64,000 bases of DNA, from assembly GCA_964234715.1 (NCBI GenBank), contig OZ174275.1; one strand, written 5' to 3'. Below, piece by piece: positions 51,261 through 64,000 of this stretch; position 1 is the stretch's first letter; each line of letters begins with the position of its first letter. Below the pieces are notes generated by a model, which saw nothing but the letters and a program-made list of their open reading frames with translations, was not told the DNA's origin and made no database searches. The translations under genes and the position numbers were made by a program. The stretch comes from Podarcis melisellensis. Taxonomy: Eukaryota.

Positions 51261-52414
51261 AGTAAGATATTAAACTGGGGAAAATCCTTTTCTGCAGTAA
51301 TGCAAATAACAGGCAGCCTCTCTGAGGCAAACGAATTCAGAGTTAAACCATAGCTTTTACCTATGCTACCATGCACAGGTATTTTAACATTCTCAGAATG
51401 AGAGAAATGGTTTGGGGGCATGTTTCCATGTCTGTGAATATATGTAAAATTCAGCACTGCCCCCCCTTCAGGATATTAGGTCTTACCAGTAACTAGAGAA
51501 CTCCCTAGAATTTTTCGTGACTAATAAAATGCAGTATAATTATGTAGGGTTAATGTTTTACCTGGCCTTCAAGAGCTAACCTACTGAATTTCTGCAGAAG
51601 AGACATTACCTTTTAGAAGAATATGTGGAATTAGATGAATAAATTATATTTTCCTTTATGTAATCTGTTTTTGTTTTGTTTTGTTATACAGCTGACCAGT
51701 TCTACTAACTTATGGGTAAAATCAGGATTTGGAGCCAGACCAGAGTGAAAATGCTGCACATATTCTGAAGGTTGCAGTTGACTGAGCATCCCAAACCAAT
51801 TTCCTGTCTTTGTCTGGAACAATGGTCTCCATACTGTCCTCCCCAAGCAAAAGGAAAAGTCAGTTTTAAAGCTAAATTAATAGTAACCAGAGGGGTGGTG
51901 CATCCTGTTTTGCCATTTGGGATGAAACAGGAAGTGTCGCCCACCCTATTGCAGAAGTGAGATCTCACTATCAATCAGTGCTGGTGTCAATTCTCCAGCA
52001 ACAGGGCACCTGAGACAGTTGCTCCACCCCTACCTTGTGGTTGGGCTAGGTCTTAATATCAGCTGTAAGCAACGCTTTGAATCTGCACTTTTCTCCCTTT
52101 CAGTGCGAAAGTAATAGCCTCTAGTCTTTTGCCCCTGTGTTAGCTGTGAGAGAAGACAACAGAGGAGCTCGCTCCAAGTGCAAAGGGATCCCTCAGGATG
52201 CTGATAGGAACCAGTCCTGATCTCTGCTTGAGGTCAGCATTTCATCATAATTGCAGCTGTGTATATGCTAAGAACAGGGCCCTGTTCAGCACTTCAGGGA
52301 AAGGTACTGTGCCACCCTCTTTTAGGCGGTAAGGGGTAAGGATTTGGCTAGGAAGTGGGAAGCGATTATTCCCAGCACATTTTTCTGTCTGCAGGGCCCT
52401 GCTTCTCCTTCTTC

Positions 52415-52748
52415 CCATATACCTGAAGGAGCGTCTCCACCCCCATCGTTCTGTCAGGACGCTGATGTCCAGCGCCGAGGGCCTTCTGGCGGTTCCCTCA
52501 TTGCGAGAAGCAAAGCTACAGGGAACCAGGCAGAGGGCCTTCTCGGTAGTGGCGCCCGCCCTGTGGAACGCCCTCCCATCAGATGTCAAACAGATAAACA
52601 ACTACCTGACATTGAGAAGACATCTGAAGGCAGCCCTGTTTAGGGAAGATTTTAATGTGTGACATTTTAATGTATTTTTCATCTTTGTTGGAAGCCACCC
52701 AGAGTGGCTGGGGAAACCCAGCAAGATGGGCGGGGTACAAATAATAAA
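52415..52748 (+). mobile_element. L2 LINE 3' fragment
   Basis: RAFSVVAPALWNALP...RRHLKAALF; 3' UTR shared with the 44.8-kb L2. Confidence 0.92.
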
Positions 52749-53879
52749 TCATCATCATTTGTGGACCTGGGTTGTTTCCACCTAAGCATTTCACTTCATT
52801 GATATATCTGTTTGTATTCCATAATGTATGGGCTTGCCTAAGAGTGCTCAGTTTTGCATCAGGAACCAAACTAAAAATTAAAAAATAGGGCTTTTAGAGA
52901 TCTCTGAACAAGTGAGAGTAACATGGTGTAGCTCATAAAGACTTCTTGAAATCTTGAGATATTGATCAGAATTCAACTAACTAGTCCCCCTAGGAACCCT
53001 GTGCAAGGACCTCCGCAAGCACAACGGGGCTTTCCCCCTCTCCCAAGCTCCCCTAAAACTGGCTCAGGGAGAATTTAGGAGAACCCCCAAAACAGCATGT
53101 AAGTGGCAGATCGGGGGGGGGGGTCATTCTGTCTGGCAAGCTGAATAGCTTGTGCTGACGAAATTATTCACAGAGATGTTTAACTGCTTTACACACACAA
53201 AAATTCTACAACTCAGTATTTCAGTCCACAATTAGAGGACTATGAAACAGGGTACATGGGGAACGTGTCTGTGCCACAGTAGCATGGAAAACATAACCAT
53301 GCAAAACGTATTTCCAGAATTCAGGACAGTTTGTTTTCATGTCAGTTTGTTATAACTTTCAATCTTTTAAGCATTTATGTCATATGTATCACTCAAACAG
53401 GGGCAATCACTTGCTCCTATTTGGGGGGGGGGGGATGTTATCACCAGTTGGAAATCTGATGGCCATCACTATTGTGCTTGCCTTTTCCAGCAATGGATAA
53501 GCACCAAACTCAATGGCTAAAAATCTTTTATCATCCACTTGGCATTTGTTCCCATTGATCTTGAAGCATTGTTGCCATGCCTGCAGACCATGGCAGTGAT
53601 AGACAAAGATTTGCACGAATGACTCTTTTCTTCCCCTTCTGAAAGGAGACAGGGGGTAGCTTTGAGATACTTGCTTGTGTGCCCTGCTTGCTTTCTCTTT
53701 CGGAAAGGCTGCAAGGTTGCAGTCAGGTAAATTTTGTGTTCATTAATGCCGATTAGGAGAGATATGTAGCAAATGACATCCATTTGTCTCACATAGAGAA
53801 GCCATCCGGGTTTCCTCTGCCTACAGAAATGCAGTATTTATATAATTGTAAGTAACAAATTGAACTAAAAATACAGTCT

Positions 53880-54097
53880 TTACTGGTGGATCATGTGAAA
53901 GGCCCATCTAGCAGTGCATCTTGTTTTCCAGTTGCCAACTGAAAGCCCACAAGCAGGGCATGAGGGCAACAGAGTCCTTTTGCTTATGTTCCCAGCAACT
54001 GGTATGCTGAGGCATGCTGCCACTGATTCCAGGACTAATAGCTATGGATAGCTCTATATTCTGCCAATTTGTCTAAACACCTTTTAAAGCCATCTAA
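53880..54097 (-). mobile_element. old CR1 3' UTR remnant
   Basis: aaaggcccatctag...gaaagcccacaagcaggg...cccagcaactggta...aatttgtctaa...cttttaaagccatctaa; same type as 4222-4437. Confidence 0.6.
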
Positions 54098-56752
54098 AAG
54101 AAAGGATTCCCCCCCCCCTGCTAAAATTAAGAAAGGACGGCTCTCTCTGCTCTCCGCCCTTCACCTTTGAAAATAGATTTGCAGACTTTTCTATTCTCCA
54201 TCTGCTTCTAGAGGATCCCATCCGAACAGGACATTTTCAGCTACACATTTGTGAAAAGCTAATAATTTTTTTTAAAAAAACCTGTTCGTACCATTAGTGA
54301 TTCTTCATAAATCATTGCTTACTTCTAAAAACAAAGGCACCTTTAAACGTAAAGGAAAACCAAAAGAGTGAAAGACTTTGTTGCCATCTAAAAATGTATT
54401 TTATAAACATACATCTCAAAATACTATTGGAATAGTTCGGTTTTTAAAACTTTGTTGTTTTGTTTTATCATATTGAATTATTAGCTTGCTATATTTGCCC
54501 AAGAGCCACCCAGGGAACCTTTTTTTTATAGGGCACCCTATAAAGAACAGAATAGAAAGAAAGATGGATAGGCAAGGAAGTAGATCTTTGTTCTGATCCT
54601 GCAAGGTCCTATTATTATCATCACTATTAGTATACCCACTTCTGTCATCAATACTCAAGGCAACTCATAATAATCCAGTTAAAAATAAACATCTGCAACA
54701 ATAATGGTCTTGGTAACTGAAATAATATTTCAGACATGTGAATTATAACAATTTGTGAACATTCAAAGTGAGGTTATACTTATTTATTCATACATAAATG
54801 CAAAAATACAAACATACATACAAGGAGTAAATGAAAGCAATAAAGGCAAAACAATAGCAGAGCAAACAATAAATAATTGAACCGTTTAACAATTATCAAT
54901 TAAATGAAACACTCAAGTGATAAACCAGCCAAATAGGCAGAACAAAAATAAGCTGCAACTGTCATTGCCTTTAGAACTATTAGGGACAAATGCTTAAATC
55001 AGCTTGGTGACTTTGCATTTTCTGGTTTTGAATTTTTGCTTTATAGCTTGATTTAGAATTTGAGGAAGACCATAGACCTCTTATAAGACTGTAAAAGGAT
55101 TTTAGGTAGTCATCCTTTGCTTGCTATTCCAAAGTTCTTAAAACATTGCCCATTCCTGTTCAAAGCTATTTATTTTTTCTCTTGCCAGACCTATAAAATC
55201 TAGGTGATTTTCCTCGAAGTTGCCAGTTGCTACAGTTTCATGTACTATTCCCTCAAGTGGGTACTCTCAGTATTTTGCATTCAAGATTCTTGCTGCTAGA
55301 TTCAATTAAATAATAATTTATCTCTGTCTTTACATAGGTTTAATAAAAAAAAATGGTCTAGTTGAACAGTGTTTACCAAATTGTTTCTTTTATTAGATAC
55401 AATTTCCTGGCAGTTTTTCTTTCTTCAGGATGAACGAATCGTGGAAATCATGAAATCAGTACCAATACAAGGTAGATCTTGGCCAGGAAAGTCTCTCCTG
55501 TGATCGCATGCTCTGAAGCATCAACGGACAAAACCTCAATATAAACAATTAACAATGTGGAAGAGATTCTGAAATGTATTAGTAACTTAAGAAATGGAAC
55601 AAATTGCCTCTTGAAGTTGTAGGATCTCTTCAGAAGGGATACCGGGAAAGAGGATGTACCGGTAAGTGTATAACCAATTCTCCAGTACAAATTTAGGCTA
55701 CTTTAGTGCAATGGATTGAACAAGGCAACTCTTCAATTCTATGACTGCCTGAAAATGAATAGTCATGAGCTCAAAATCCTCTGGAAAGCTTAAGATACAC
55801 TATTTATAACCATGGCCTCCTGGAAAGGGAAGAATAACATTCCTTTCCACACTTGGGGAAGAATTGAAACCCTAAAGAGGTTGTTTATTATTTTCACATC
55901 TGTCAATAAATGTGACTAGGCAAAACTAAAAGATACAATTTATGGCAAAACTGCAAGCTACAGTCTGAATTCTTTGACATTTTCCTGGACTACATACCAC
56001 ATTTTAGCTATCTATTGGGAAAATACTGTAACAATGCTGGCATCTCCAACTAAGAATGTTTTTTGTGACACCAAATAGGGATTCCTGGGGTATCCTTGAG
56101 GTACAGACTTGGGATATAAGCATACCCCAGTGTTTGGCTAATAACGGAACCTGAGCATAGGCTCAGGTTTTATCCTGACAAGTCCGCTTAGCCCTCATGC
56201 AATGCATACATTTAGAGCATCCATTATTGAGGAATTCCTCAGGAGGTGCGGAGAAAACTCTTCAGTTCCCAGAAATCAGTCAGCTGAGGCACAGAGCACG
56301 CTATCTACCTTATCACAGATAGGAACCATAGGACGTAAGATGAATTCTCAGCTTTCAACAGCTTTCCTTCTCTTCCCCTGCAATTTCATAAACTGGGGGA
56401 AAGGGATGGGGAGGGAACCAGCAGCAGCAGAGGGTTGGCAAAAGCATAAAAGCTTAACCTTGTTTTTTTCTGAACTTAACATAAATGATGGAATTCAATG
56501 CAGTGTGGTTATGCATTTGAGGAAGAAGGTCCCTAGTGTTTGAAACTCCCATTGTTCTAGGCGCATTTTGCAACAGGGAATGTCATTAGCGCAAGCAGTT
56601 TCTGAATTCTGGGCCTAACATTTCAGATTAAAACTGCACAGTGGCAGGAAAGGAGGACCCTTTCCTGCCCGCCCACTTCCAGCTGCTCTCTGAAGACTGG
56701 AGAAGAGACCCTCTTAAGAATATGGGGGGGGGGGGCATGGGAAGGACTAGAC

Positions 56753-56887
56753 TAGGCTTCTCAACTTCAGCCCTCCAGTTGTTTTGAGACTACAATTCCC
56801 ATCATCCCTGACCACTAGTCCTGATAGCTAGAGATCATGGGAGTTGTAGGACAAAAAGATCTGGAAGGCCGAGGTTGAGGAAGCCTG
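56753..56887. mobile_element. hairpin hAT (Charlie-like) MITE
   Basis: TIRs taggcttctcaac / gttgaggaagcctg; perfect 8-bp TSD gactagac. Confidence 0.88.
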
Positions 56888-58553
56888 GACTAGACCATGT
56901 GAAAATGAACATAATATTTTAGCAGCAGTTCATTCATTTTCAGCTTTGTATTATTGTTTTTTTAAAAAGTGTGCCTAGACATTCATATCTCAGTGTCTAA
57001 CACTGGGTCTACTTATGTAATGGAAATTTCCAACATCTCCTCCCACTGCATGGCCCCTACAGAGCCTATTTGGGGGCACATGAGAATGGGCACATTGTGT
57101 GTGAAACTGTGCAAGTGGACCTTGTCCTGCACACACAAAAATTTAGTTGAATTCCACCCAAACCCTTCAGTAGTGGGGGTGGGGAGATAAGCTTCCACTG
57201 ACAGTAATTCAAAGAGTTCATAAAAACAAGTTAATTGCAAATCAAGATAAGGAGCTTCACCCATTACTGAAGGTAAGGGAGCTGGGCTGTGACAATTTGC
57301 CTTCATTGCCACCATCTATTACTCTGCTGCACATATGCAGGATCTTCATATGATATGGAACCCTGCACATTCAGTGCTCCTAAGCATGTACAACAGGCTT
57401 CACTTTCCAAACATTTCCCCAGATGTGCAGATGCTGAGGCTGAAGGTATGACTACCATGAAGGGAAAAGCAGTGTAAATTCTGAAATAAATGGTGCACTC
57501 GCATATATTTTTGGGAGGAATTATGGACAGATTTATGGTTTGCATAATACTGTGGAACTGGTGGATAACTATTTTGCAATGCTGAAATACGGTGTTATTT
57601 TATATTGAAATAAAAATATAAAAAATTAATATATTATCCCACATGTTGGGATAGAAGGTCAAATCTGCTTGCACCACAACAGCTGTAGGGCAGCAACCAC
57701 CCATTAAAGTCACCAACTAATTACTACCTGCTCTCTACTACTGCTACTACCGCATTCACGAATGTTCTTCAGTCCTGAGTACTGCAAAGAATTGTGTATG
57801 AAAGTCACGGGGGGGGGGAGGGGAGAGATTCAGCATGTGCAGAGCATGTTAGTGCAGGGTACATCTACATGTTTACTTGAATCTTAGTAAATGCAACAGA
57901 TGAATGTATTCAACATAAACCTATGGAATGTAAAGGTACTCGTCTTTCCTTTACCTTAATCCAGGGGTGGGTAATATTTCAGGAGTGAAGAACCACATGG
58001 GTGGTCAACCTTTTTTCTCTTTCTCCTCCATACATCTATTAATATCCTCTTTGCCTCTCACACATACATTATCCATTCTCTCTCATATTCATTCTCCCTC
58101 TCCCTCCCTCCTGCGCAATCATAGAAGCACACATGGCTGCCCCGCCATCCAGCTTGCTTCCTTTACATTTGAGTACTTCCCTTTCTCCCCCTTGCTAATA
58201 TCTTCTAGGCAACCAGCCACCAATTCACTGCCATTTCAGCACTTGCCCCCCAAGCCTTCTAACCCTTTCTGCAAGTGCCGGAAGAGGCATGGGTAAAAGA
58301 ATGCCATGCTAGAAGCAGTGTGTGAATCTTGCATGGTTCTGCTGAATTTTAGTGGGCAATTATTTTTGGTTTTTAGAAAAAATGAACTAGGGTGATCCAA
58401 AATCTTCAACAGACACATTAATATACTGAGTCTTTCCTGCACAATTTTGCTCCTGTTCACTAATCTCAGCTGCTATTTATCTATAACTGAAGAGTGCTCT
58501 TCCAGCCTCTGTAGATTCTCTGCCATTTCAGCCTTGCTTTGTCCTTAACCCAT

Positions 58554-58980
58554 GTTGTAGTCCTGTGCTGCCAGCCACGGCAGAACTCAGTGGAGGGAGA
58601 AGCCAGCCAACCAGCTGAGTCTCAGGGGGGTACTTGCCTGGAGGCAGAGTCCGTATGCAAGGTTCAGTTCAGTCCTAAGGTCAGGAGTATCTCAGTTCAC
58701 ATAATCAGACGATCCGGGGGTCAAGAAAGCCAAGGGTCACAGGAAGCAAGGCACAGCATGGTCTGGCCAGGAACTACAAATGCTATTTCCAGCAACTGAC
58801 TGAGGCTGGAAATCCTGCTCAAGAAGGTTGGCGCCAGCTGGTTCTCATCAGGAGCAAGAAGGCTGATCAGCAGCAGGTGGAGTCACTTTGTCTTTTGCTC
58901 CTTCAGGCTGCTGCTCAGCAGGTGAAGCTGACTCGTGGCCCACAAGAGCCGTGAATCCAGCTCTACTCTCTCTGTTGCGC
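58554..58980. mobile_element. possible degraded LTR remnant
   Basis: GC-richer block starting TGT with repeated agtcc/ggtca motifs typical of reptile Gypsy-type LTRs; no TSD or second terminus confirmed. Confidence 0.3.
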
Positions 58981-61900
58981 ACATTCAATAAAATTAAAAA
59001 GCCAGGAGCAGCTGAAAGATGCAAACTGACTTCATGAGCTAGAATCTCATTTCATTGGGGTGAGGTGGGCTGGAGATGTACAAGTGTACCCAAACCTTTA
59101 AAAGCTTAACTGGTCTTAGAACAGCAAATGGGTAAGGAGACCTTTTAGAAGCATGGAACTGGCAGGATCCATATTTCCAATTTGCTGTTCTCTCACCGAC
59201 TGAGCAGAATTGGGGGACAGATCCAACACTCTTCTTTTCCTGCAGGGACATCTTTTGCAGGTAAAACAGCAACACGGCAGGGAATTTGGGGTTTGTGGGT
59301 CGCGCTGAAGGCCTTCAAGGACTGCTTGCAGCTCATGAGTCATAAGTTGTCTATGTTTACTTTAAAGAAACACATACAAGAACATGTTCCCCATTCAACA
59401 AGCTACCATCTCAATCTGTTACTGGATCTGTTTTTATAGTGAGTGCCTAAAATAACTTCTGAACAATATCTATTTGGTAATGGAGATTTGTTTCAGGAAA
59501 ACAAGTAAACATAAACAGGCAGCACTACAATAATCTTGACACGTGTACACTATTTATTAAAACAATCACATTTATGGAGTTGGGGAAATGCTCCTGAGAA
59601 TCAGCTTCTTGAAGTTTGACTTGGGCTGATGCCAGAACGTTTCAGGTTTCGTACTCGGGAGTATTGTTTAGAAGATAAATTGCCTGATATCAGATTTTGG
59701 GAAAGGTAGAATTACCATCAAGTCTTGTTGCATAACAATTCATTGGAGAGAACAAACCCTGTATTACTCATTCATGCTTATAATGAAGTAGTAATATGAC
59801 TTAGGGGGATTTGATTTTAATACAAATTTTAGAAAATGTTGTTCATGTCAAGAGTAATCTACTGTATTACAAGTTTGAGATACAGTTTCAAAAAGATCCA
59901 GAGTCTTTAGTTCTTTTACCATGAAAGAGTGATAGTTTCCACTAATTGTAAAATATTTGCACAGATCTTCTATTTTTCACTGAATGAGAATAGCTCAATG
60001 GTTCAGTTTGAATGTACACTTTCTGTTTCTAAACCACAGTTTGACAGCTAGGAACTGGAGTAGAGACCACAAGCTTCCCCACACTTGCTTGGTGAGTGTG
60101 TCAAAATACAGATTTTCTGCTTTTTCACAATAAGGCTATCAAGATATTGAGAAGACTTGCCACTTTCTTAATAGCACTACCATACACCTGAGTCAAATTT
60201 TGCAAGACAAAGGCATAAGATTCTACTGGAAAAACCAGACTAGTTCAATTATTTCAGTTTTATTTTTGTAAGTTTTATTTGTTATGGTTAATAGTTACTT
60301 ATCTTCTTTATTTAAAGAAAGGATTTTAAATCTAGGCACATAACTGTTTGATCTGAAGATAGTAGTTATTTTTTCATTGGGTATGCTGACATATTTAATT
60401 CATCTGGCTTTTATCTATTTATGCTTAATTTATGTATCATGCCCAGTTCCCTTGTTTTAAACAGTGGTGACCAATGGTTACAATCAAGAAATGTGAGATT
60501 AACAGAACCTTATTTTGCTGCTACCACACAGAGTGGCAGCACAGTTCCCCTTTAGGAGGCCTGTCCCCCACTCAATATTTTAATCTCAAAATGGCTTGGA
60601 GCATCATTCCAGGGTCATTTGGGGAAGGAAACATGGCAGCCGTCACATAAACTAATATAAATGTGACTGGAAATAAATAATAAATCTTCAAATGAGTTAT
60701 GTTTACTATTGAAGATAATACTGTAATACAACAGTTCTCCCTTAGTCACATCAGTGATTCACAACCACACACAAGTTTCTTTACATTATGGAAAATCACT
60801 TGTTACCAGACCTTTAAAAAAAAAAGTTGTCTAGTGCATCAGAAATGAAGCTATGCTGATAACAGCTGGAATGAATGAAAGAAACAGAGGGGTGTGGGTT
60901 TTATATAGTAGTTATTATAGTGGAGTTTGTCAGAAGCAATATTCGTCTTGCTGTTTGACAGAAAAGACAATTTCCGTGTACATCACACCATAAATGAAAT
61001 GTAAAAGTAAGCTAGTATTATTCCATGTAATTTCGATTAGTTATGCTGTGTTGTTAAAAATGCTTTTTAAGCAACTCATAGTTTCAGCAATATTTATTGA
61101 TGTATTCATTTTTTTTAAATCACAGGTGTGAAAAGTCTCAAAAGACAGATATTTAAAACTGTCCCTCTGCATTTTATTCCTTACCAATACATTTTGTAAG
61201 GAATAATAACTTCAGCATAACACCAGACAGTTTCTCAATTTCAAAGCCAGTAACAGCTATTAGCCTAATCTACCTAATTGAACAATGGATTTCTTGATGC
61301 AAGTGTAAATGCCAATTATAACTTCAATAATTCCCCCACATCTTAAGGTAAATGTCTAAAATATTTTAAAATACTACTATTTACATATACACTGTATATG
61401 TAAGTTCAAATTTACAGAAATAGTTGACTATTTTCAGTGCCCATTTTTAACTTTAATTTAGTTTAAGACTGTGGTTAGGAAACCTGGGAAATTAAATTGT
61501 GTCCAACCTACTTTTCTTCTCTAACAGTGGTGTGAAAATTACATTTCAGGGTTTACAAAATTCAACAGGAATATAAAATTCCACTTAACTACCCCCCACA
61601 ATATGTTTTATTATTACACCTGCTGTTTTCCACAAGCAACGTAAACTTTAGCCGGAAAAAATTTCAGGAGAGAAATCCTGCGTCGTCCCAGTATGAAGCA
61701 ATTTTGCTTATATACCCACTGTATCTGCTGTTGAAACGGTTTAATAATAGAAGAGCATGCACTTTCATGTAATTCATAATTAGAAAACGACTACAACTGC
61801 ATTATTTAAAATCATTCCTTTGTTATCAGCATCAGTTTTAGACAAAAGCGGGGAATCATTTGTGAGCCTTGGCAGACCCAGGCTGTTCAAAGCAATTGCT

Positions 61901-62434
61901 GTTCAGCATGAAAGCTGCAATGGAGGTCACAGAACAGGTCAGGAGGAAAGATAGTGTATCGATTTCACACCAGGAATAGAGGCGAAGCAAGGGCCCACTG
62001 TTGCTGCATGTGATGTATTTCACTACAGTTTAAGGCACATTTCATTCCAATTCAGGAGGGGGGTGGGGAGCAAAGGGCGAGTGGATTTCACACAGAATCA
62101 TGATGAATTCTGAACTTGTGTATTTCAGTAAATACTGCCTTCCTGACATTAAGTATTTCTATATAACACAGTGAATATAATGGAAATTAGGCTGCAAGCA
62201 TGTAGCCAACAGGACTAGCGGATAGGGTGTTATATTAAGCCTGCTTCCACAGGTAACAGCACAAGATAAATCTTAGAAGACAAAACAGACAATTGTTCGA
62301 AACTACGAACATTCTGACACGTGGCAATACTTCGTTCCAATGATCAGCATGTCCTAACACGCGTTTGGTTGTTTTAAAGTATTTTTACTCTGCTCATCAG
62401 CCAAAAAGGGGGTTTGCAGAGCAGCTTAAAAATA

Positions 62435-62692
62435 CAGTGGTACCTCGGGTTAAGTACTTAATTCGTTCCGGAGGTCTGTACTTAACCTGAAACTGTTCTT
62501 AACCTGAAGCACCACTTTAGCTAATGGGGCCTCCTGCTGCTGCTGCGTCGCCAGAGCACAATTTCTGTTCTCATCCTGAAGCAAAGTTCTTAACCTGAAG
62601 CAATATTTATGGGTTAGCGGAGTCTGTAACCTGAAGCATATGTAACCTGAAGCGTATGTAACCTGAAGCGTATGTAACCCGAGGTACCACTG
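62435..62692. mobile_element. Tc1/mariner (Tigger-like) MITE
   Basis: Perfect 18-bp TIRs cagtggtacctcgggtta / taacccgaggtaccactg; TA TSD on both sides; internal aacctgaa repeats. Confidence 0.92.
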
Positions 62693-63252
62693 TATCAATA
62701 AGAAGCCAGTCCCTGCACTCAGGTGTACAATATTAAAAGTCGTGACAACAACAAAAAAAACTAACTGGGAGGCTAAGAGGGAATAGCAAATCTGGACCCA
62801 GTTCTTACTTACAGGATTCCTGTAACAATGAGTTAGAAATGGAAGGAGCTCAAGAAGAGGAGGGCCAAAAGTTGCTAGTCTCTCAGCTAAGCTGATGGAA
62901 AGATCCTGCTTCTGCTATCGCTTGATGGAATGGATGCTCCAAGTTGACAACAGAGGGAGGAGCCTGATAAAGCAGGTTTTTTAGCAGAACACTGGACAGC
63001 CCATAAGTCCCATTTCCCCCCTCCTATAGCCTGGTATGCAGACATATCTCATGAATTTAAGATCAGCTCTTTCTAGCACAGGTGGTTAATGTTTGGCAGT
63101 TAGTGACTGATTGGTTGAATACCTTTCTCAAATAATATTTCATACACGAGGCAGCAAACATCCGTTACTTCACATGTCTTATAAATACTTATAATTTCGT
63201 CCAGGCTTTCCCTCACCAATAGGACCAGATTTTTTTTATATGAACTCCAGTT

Positions 63253-63320
63253 TTTAGTTGTTTTCATGAACACTACTGTTTTGCTGTTTAGTTGTTTTCA
63301 TGAATACTACTGTTTTGCTG
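63253..63320. repeat. 34-bp tandem duplication
   Basis: tttagttgttttcatgaa(c/t)actactgttttgctg x2. Confidence 0.9.
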
Positions 63321-63371
63321 GCTTTATGTTGTCTTTTCGTTTTAATTATACTGTTGCTGTTTTGATATTGT

Positions 63372-64000
63372 TTGTGTGAGTCTCTGGAAGACGGTTGGCG
63401 GATGGCTGGCGAATCACAGATTGAGACTGAATCCTGACAAGACAGAATTACTGTTCTTGGGGAACAGGGGGTTGGAAGGTTTGGGGAACTGCCTGGTCCT
63501 GAACAGAGTAACCGTGCCCCTGAAAGACCAGGTACACAGCCTTGGAGTCATTTTGGACTCATAGCTGATCATGGAGGCGCAGGTCAATTCTGTATCCAGG
63601 GCAGCTGTCTACCAGCTCCACCTGGTACGCAGGCTGAGACGCTACCTGCTCACAGACTGTCTTGCCAGAATGGTGCATGCCCTAGTTATCTCTTGCTTGA
63701 ACTACTTGCTTGGGCTACCTTTGAAGCTGACTCGCAAACTACAACTAATCCAGAATGTGGTAGCTAGACTGGTAACTGGGAGTGGCCGCCGGAGCCGTAT
63801 AACACCGGTTGTAAAGGATCTTCACTAGCTCCCAGTACATCTCCGAGCACAATTCAAAGTGATGGTGCTGATTTTTAAAATCCTAAACAGCCTCGGCCCA
63901 GTATACCTGAAGGAGCGTCTCCACCCCCATTGTTCAGCCCGGACACTAAAGTCCAGTGTCGAGGGCCTTCTGGCAGTTCCCTCACTGCGAGAAGCAAAGC
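63372..64000 (+). mobile_element. L2 LINE 3' part (runs off the window)
   Basis: RLRLNPDKTELLF, VHSLGVILDS, KLQLIQNVVARLVTG; same family as the 44.8-kb L2. Confidence 0.95.

Noticed and set aside
3308-51457. ORFs containing X runs (3308, 3378, 14659-15177, 43448, 50804, 50818)
   Set aside because: Artefacts of translating through N gaps
5893-62070. Scattered poly-G/poly-C runs and G-quadruplex-like tracts
   Set aside because: Common mononucleotide runs in lizard genomes with no supporting context
42710-62400. Other CTGATGA motifs (~42717, ~45584, ~58845, ~62394)
   Set aside because: No stem II followed by GAAA, so not hammerheads
1-64000. CRISPR arrays, rRNA or true tRNA genes, prokaryotic-type systems
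   Set aside because: No repeat-spacer arrays or rRNA motifs; tRNA-like segments are SINE heads; the sequence is eukaryotic

Overview
Vertebrate genomic DNA, AT-rich, with four assembly gaps. The repeat content (Sauria SINEs, a Squam3-like SINE, young CR1/L2/RTE LINEs, Tc1/mariner and hAT MITEs) points to a squamate, probably a lacertid lizard (inference). I could not recognise any host protein-coding exon, so the window looks intronic or intergenic. Every convincing ORF is retrotransposon-derived (L1, CR1, RTE, L2, Penelope-like). The standout structure is at 21823-22834: a young Penelope-like element (PLE) fragment inserted in a (TA)n microsatellite. It forms a perfect 324-bp inverted repeat around a 244-bp spacer, and each arm carries a minimal hammerhead-ribozyme core whose CUGAAGA overlaps the last codons of the element's ORF. 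Also notable are an ancient LF-SINE copy (~20005-20327), a convergent pair of L1 RT fragments broken at the catalytic motif, a 93-bp dispersed duplication, a decayed second PLE hammerhead, a non-autonomous RTE derivative and TE-free stretches that may be conserved enhancers. Family names come from recognising consensus motifs by eye, not from database searches, and boundaries of degraded elements are approximate.
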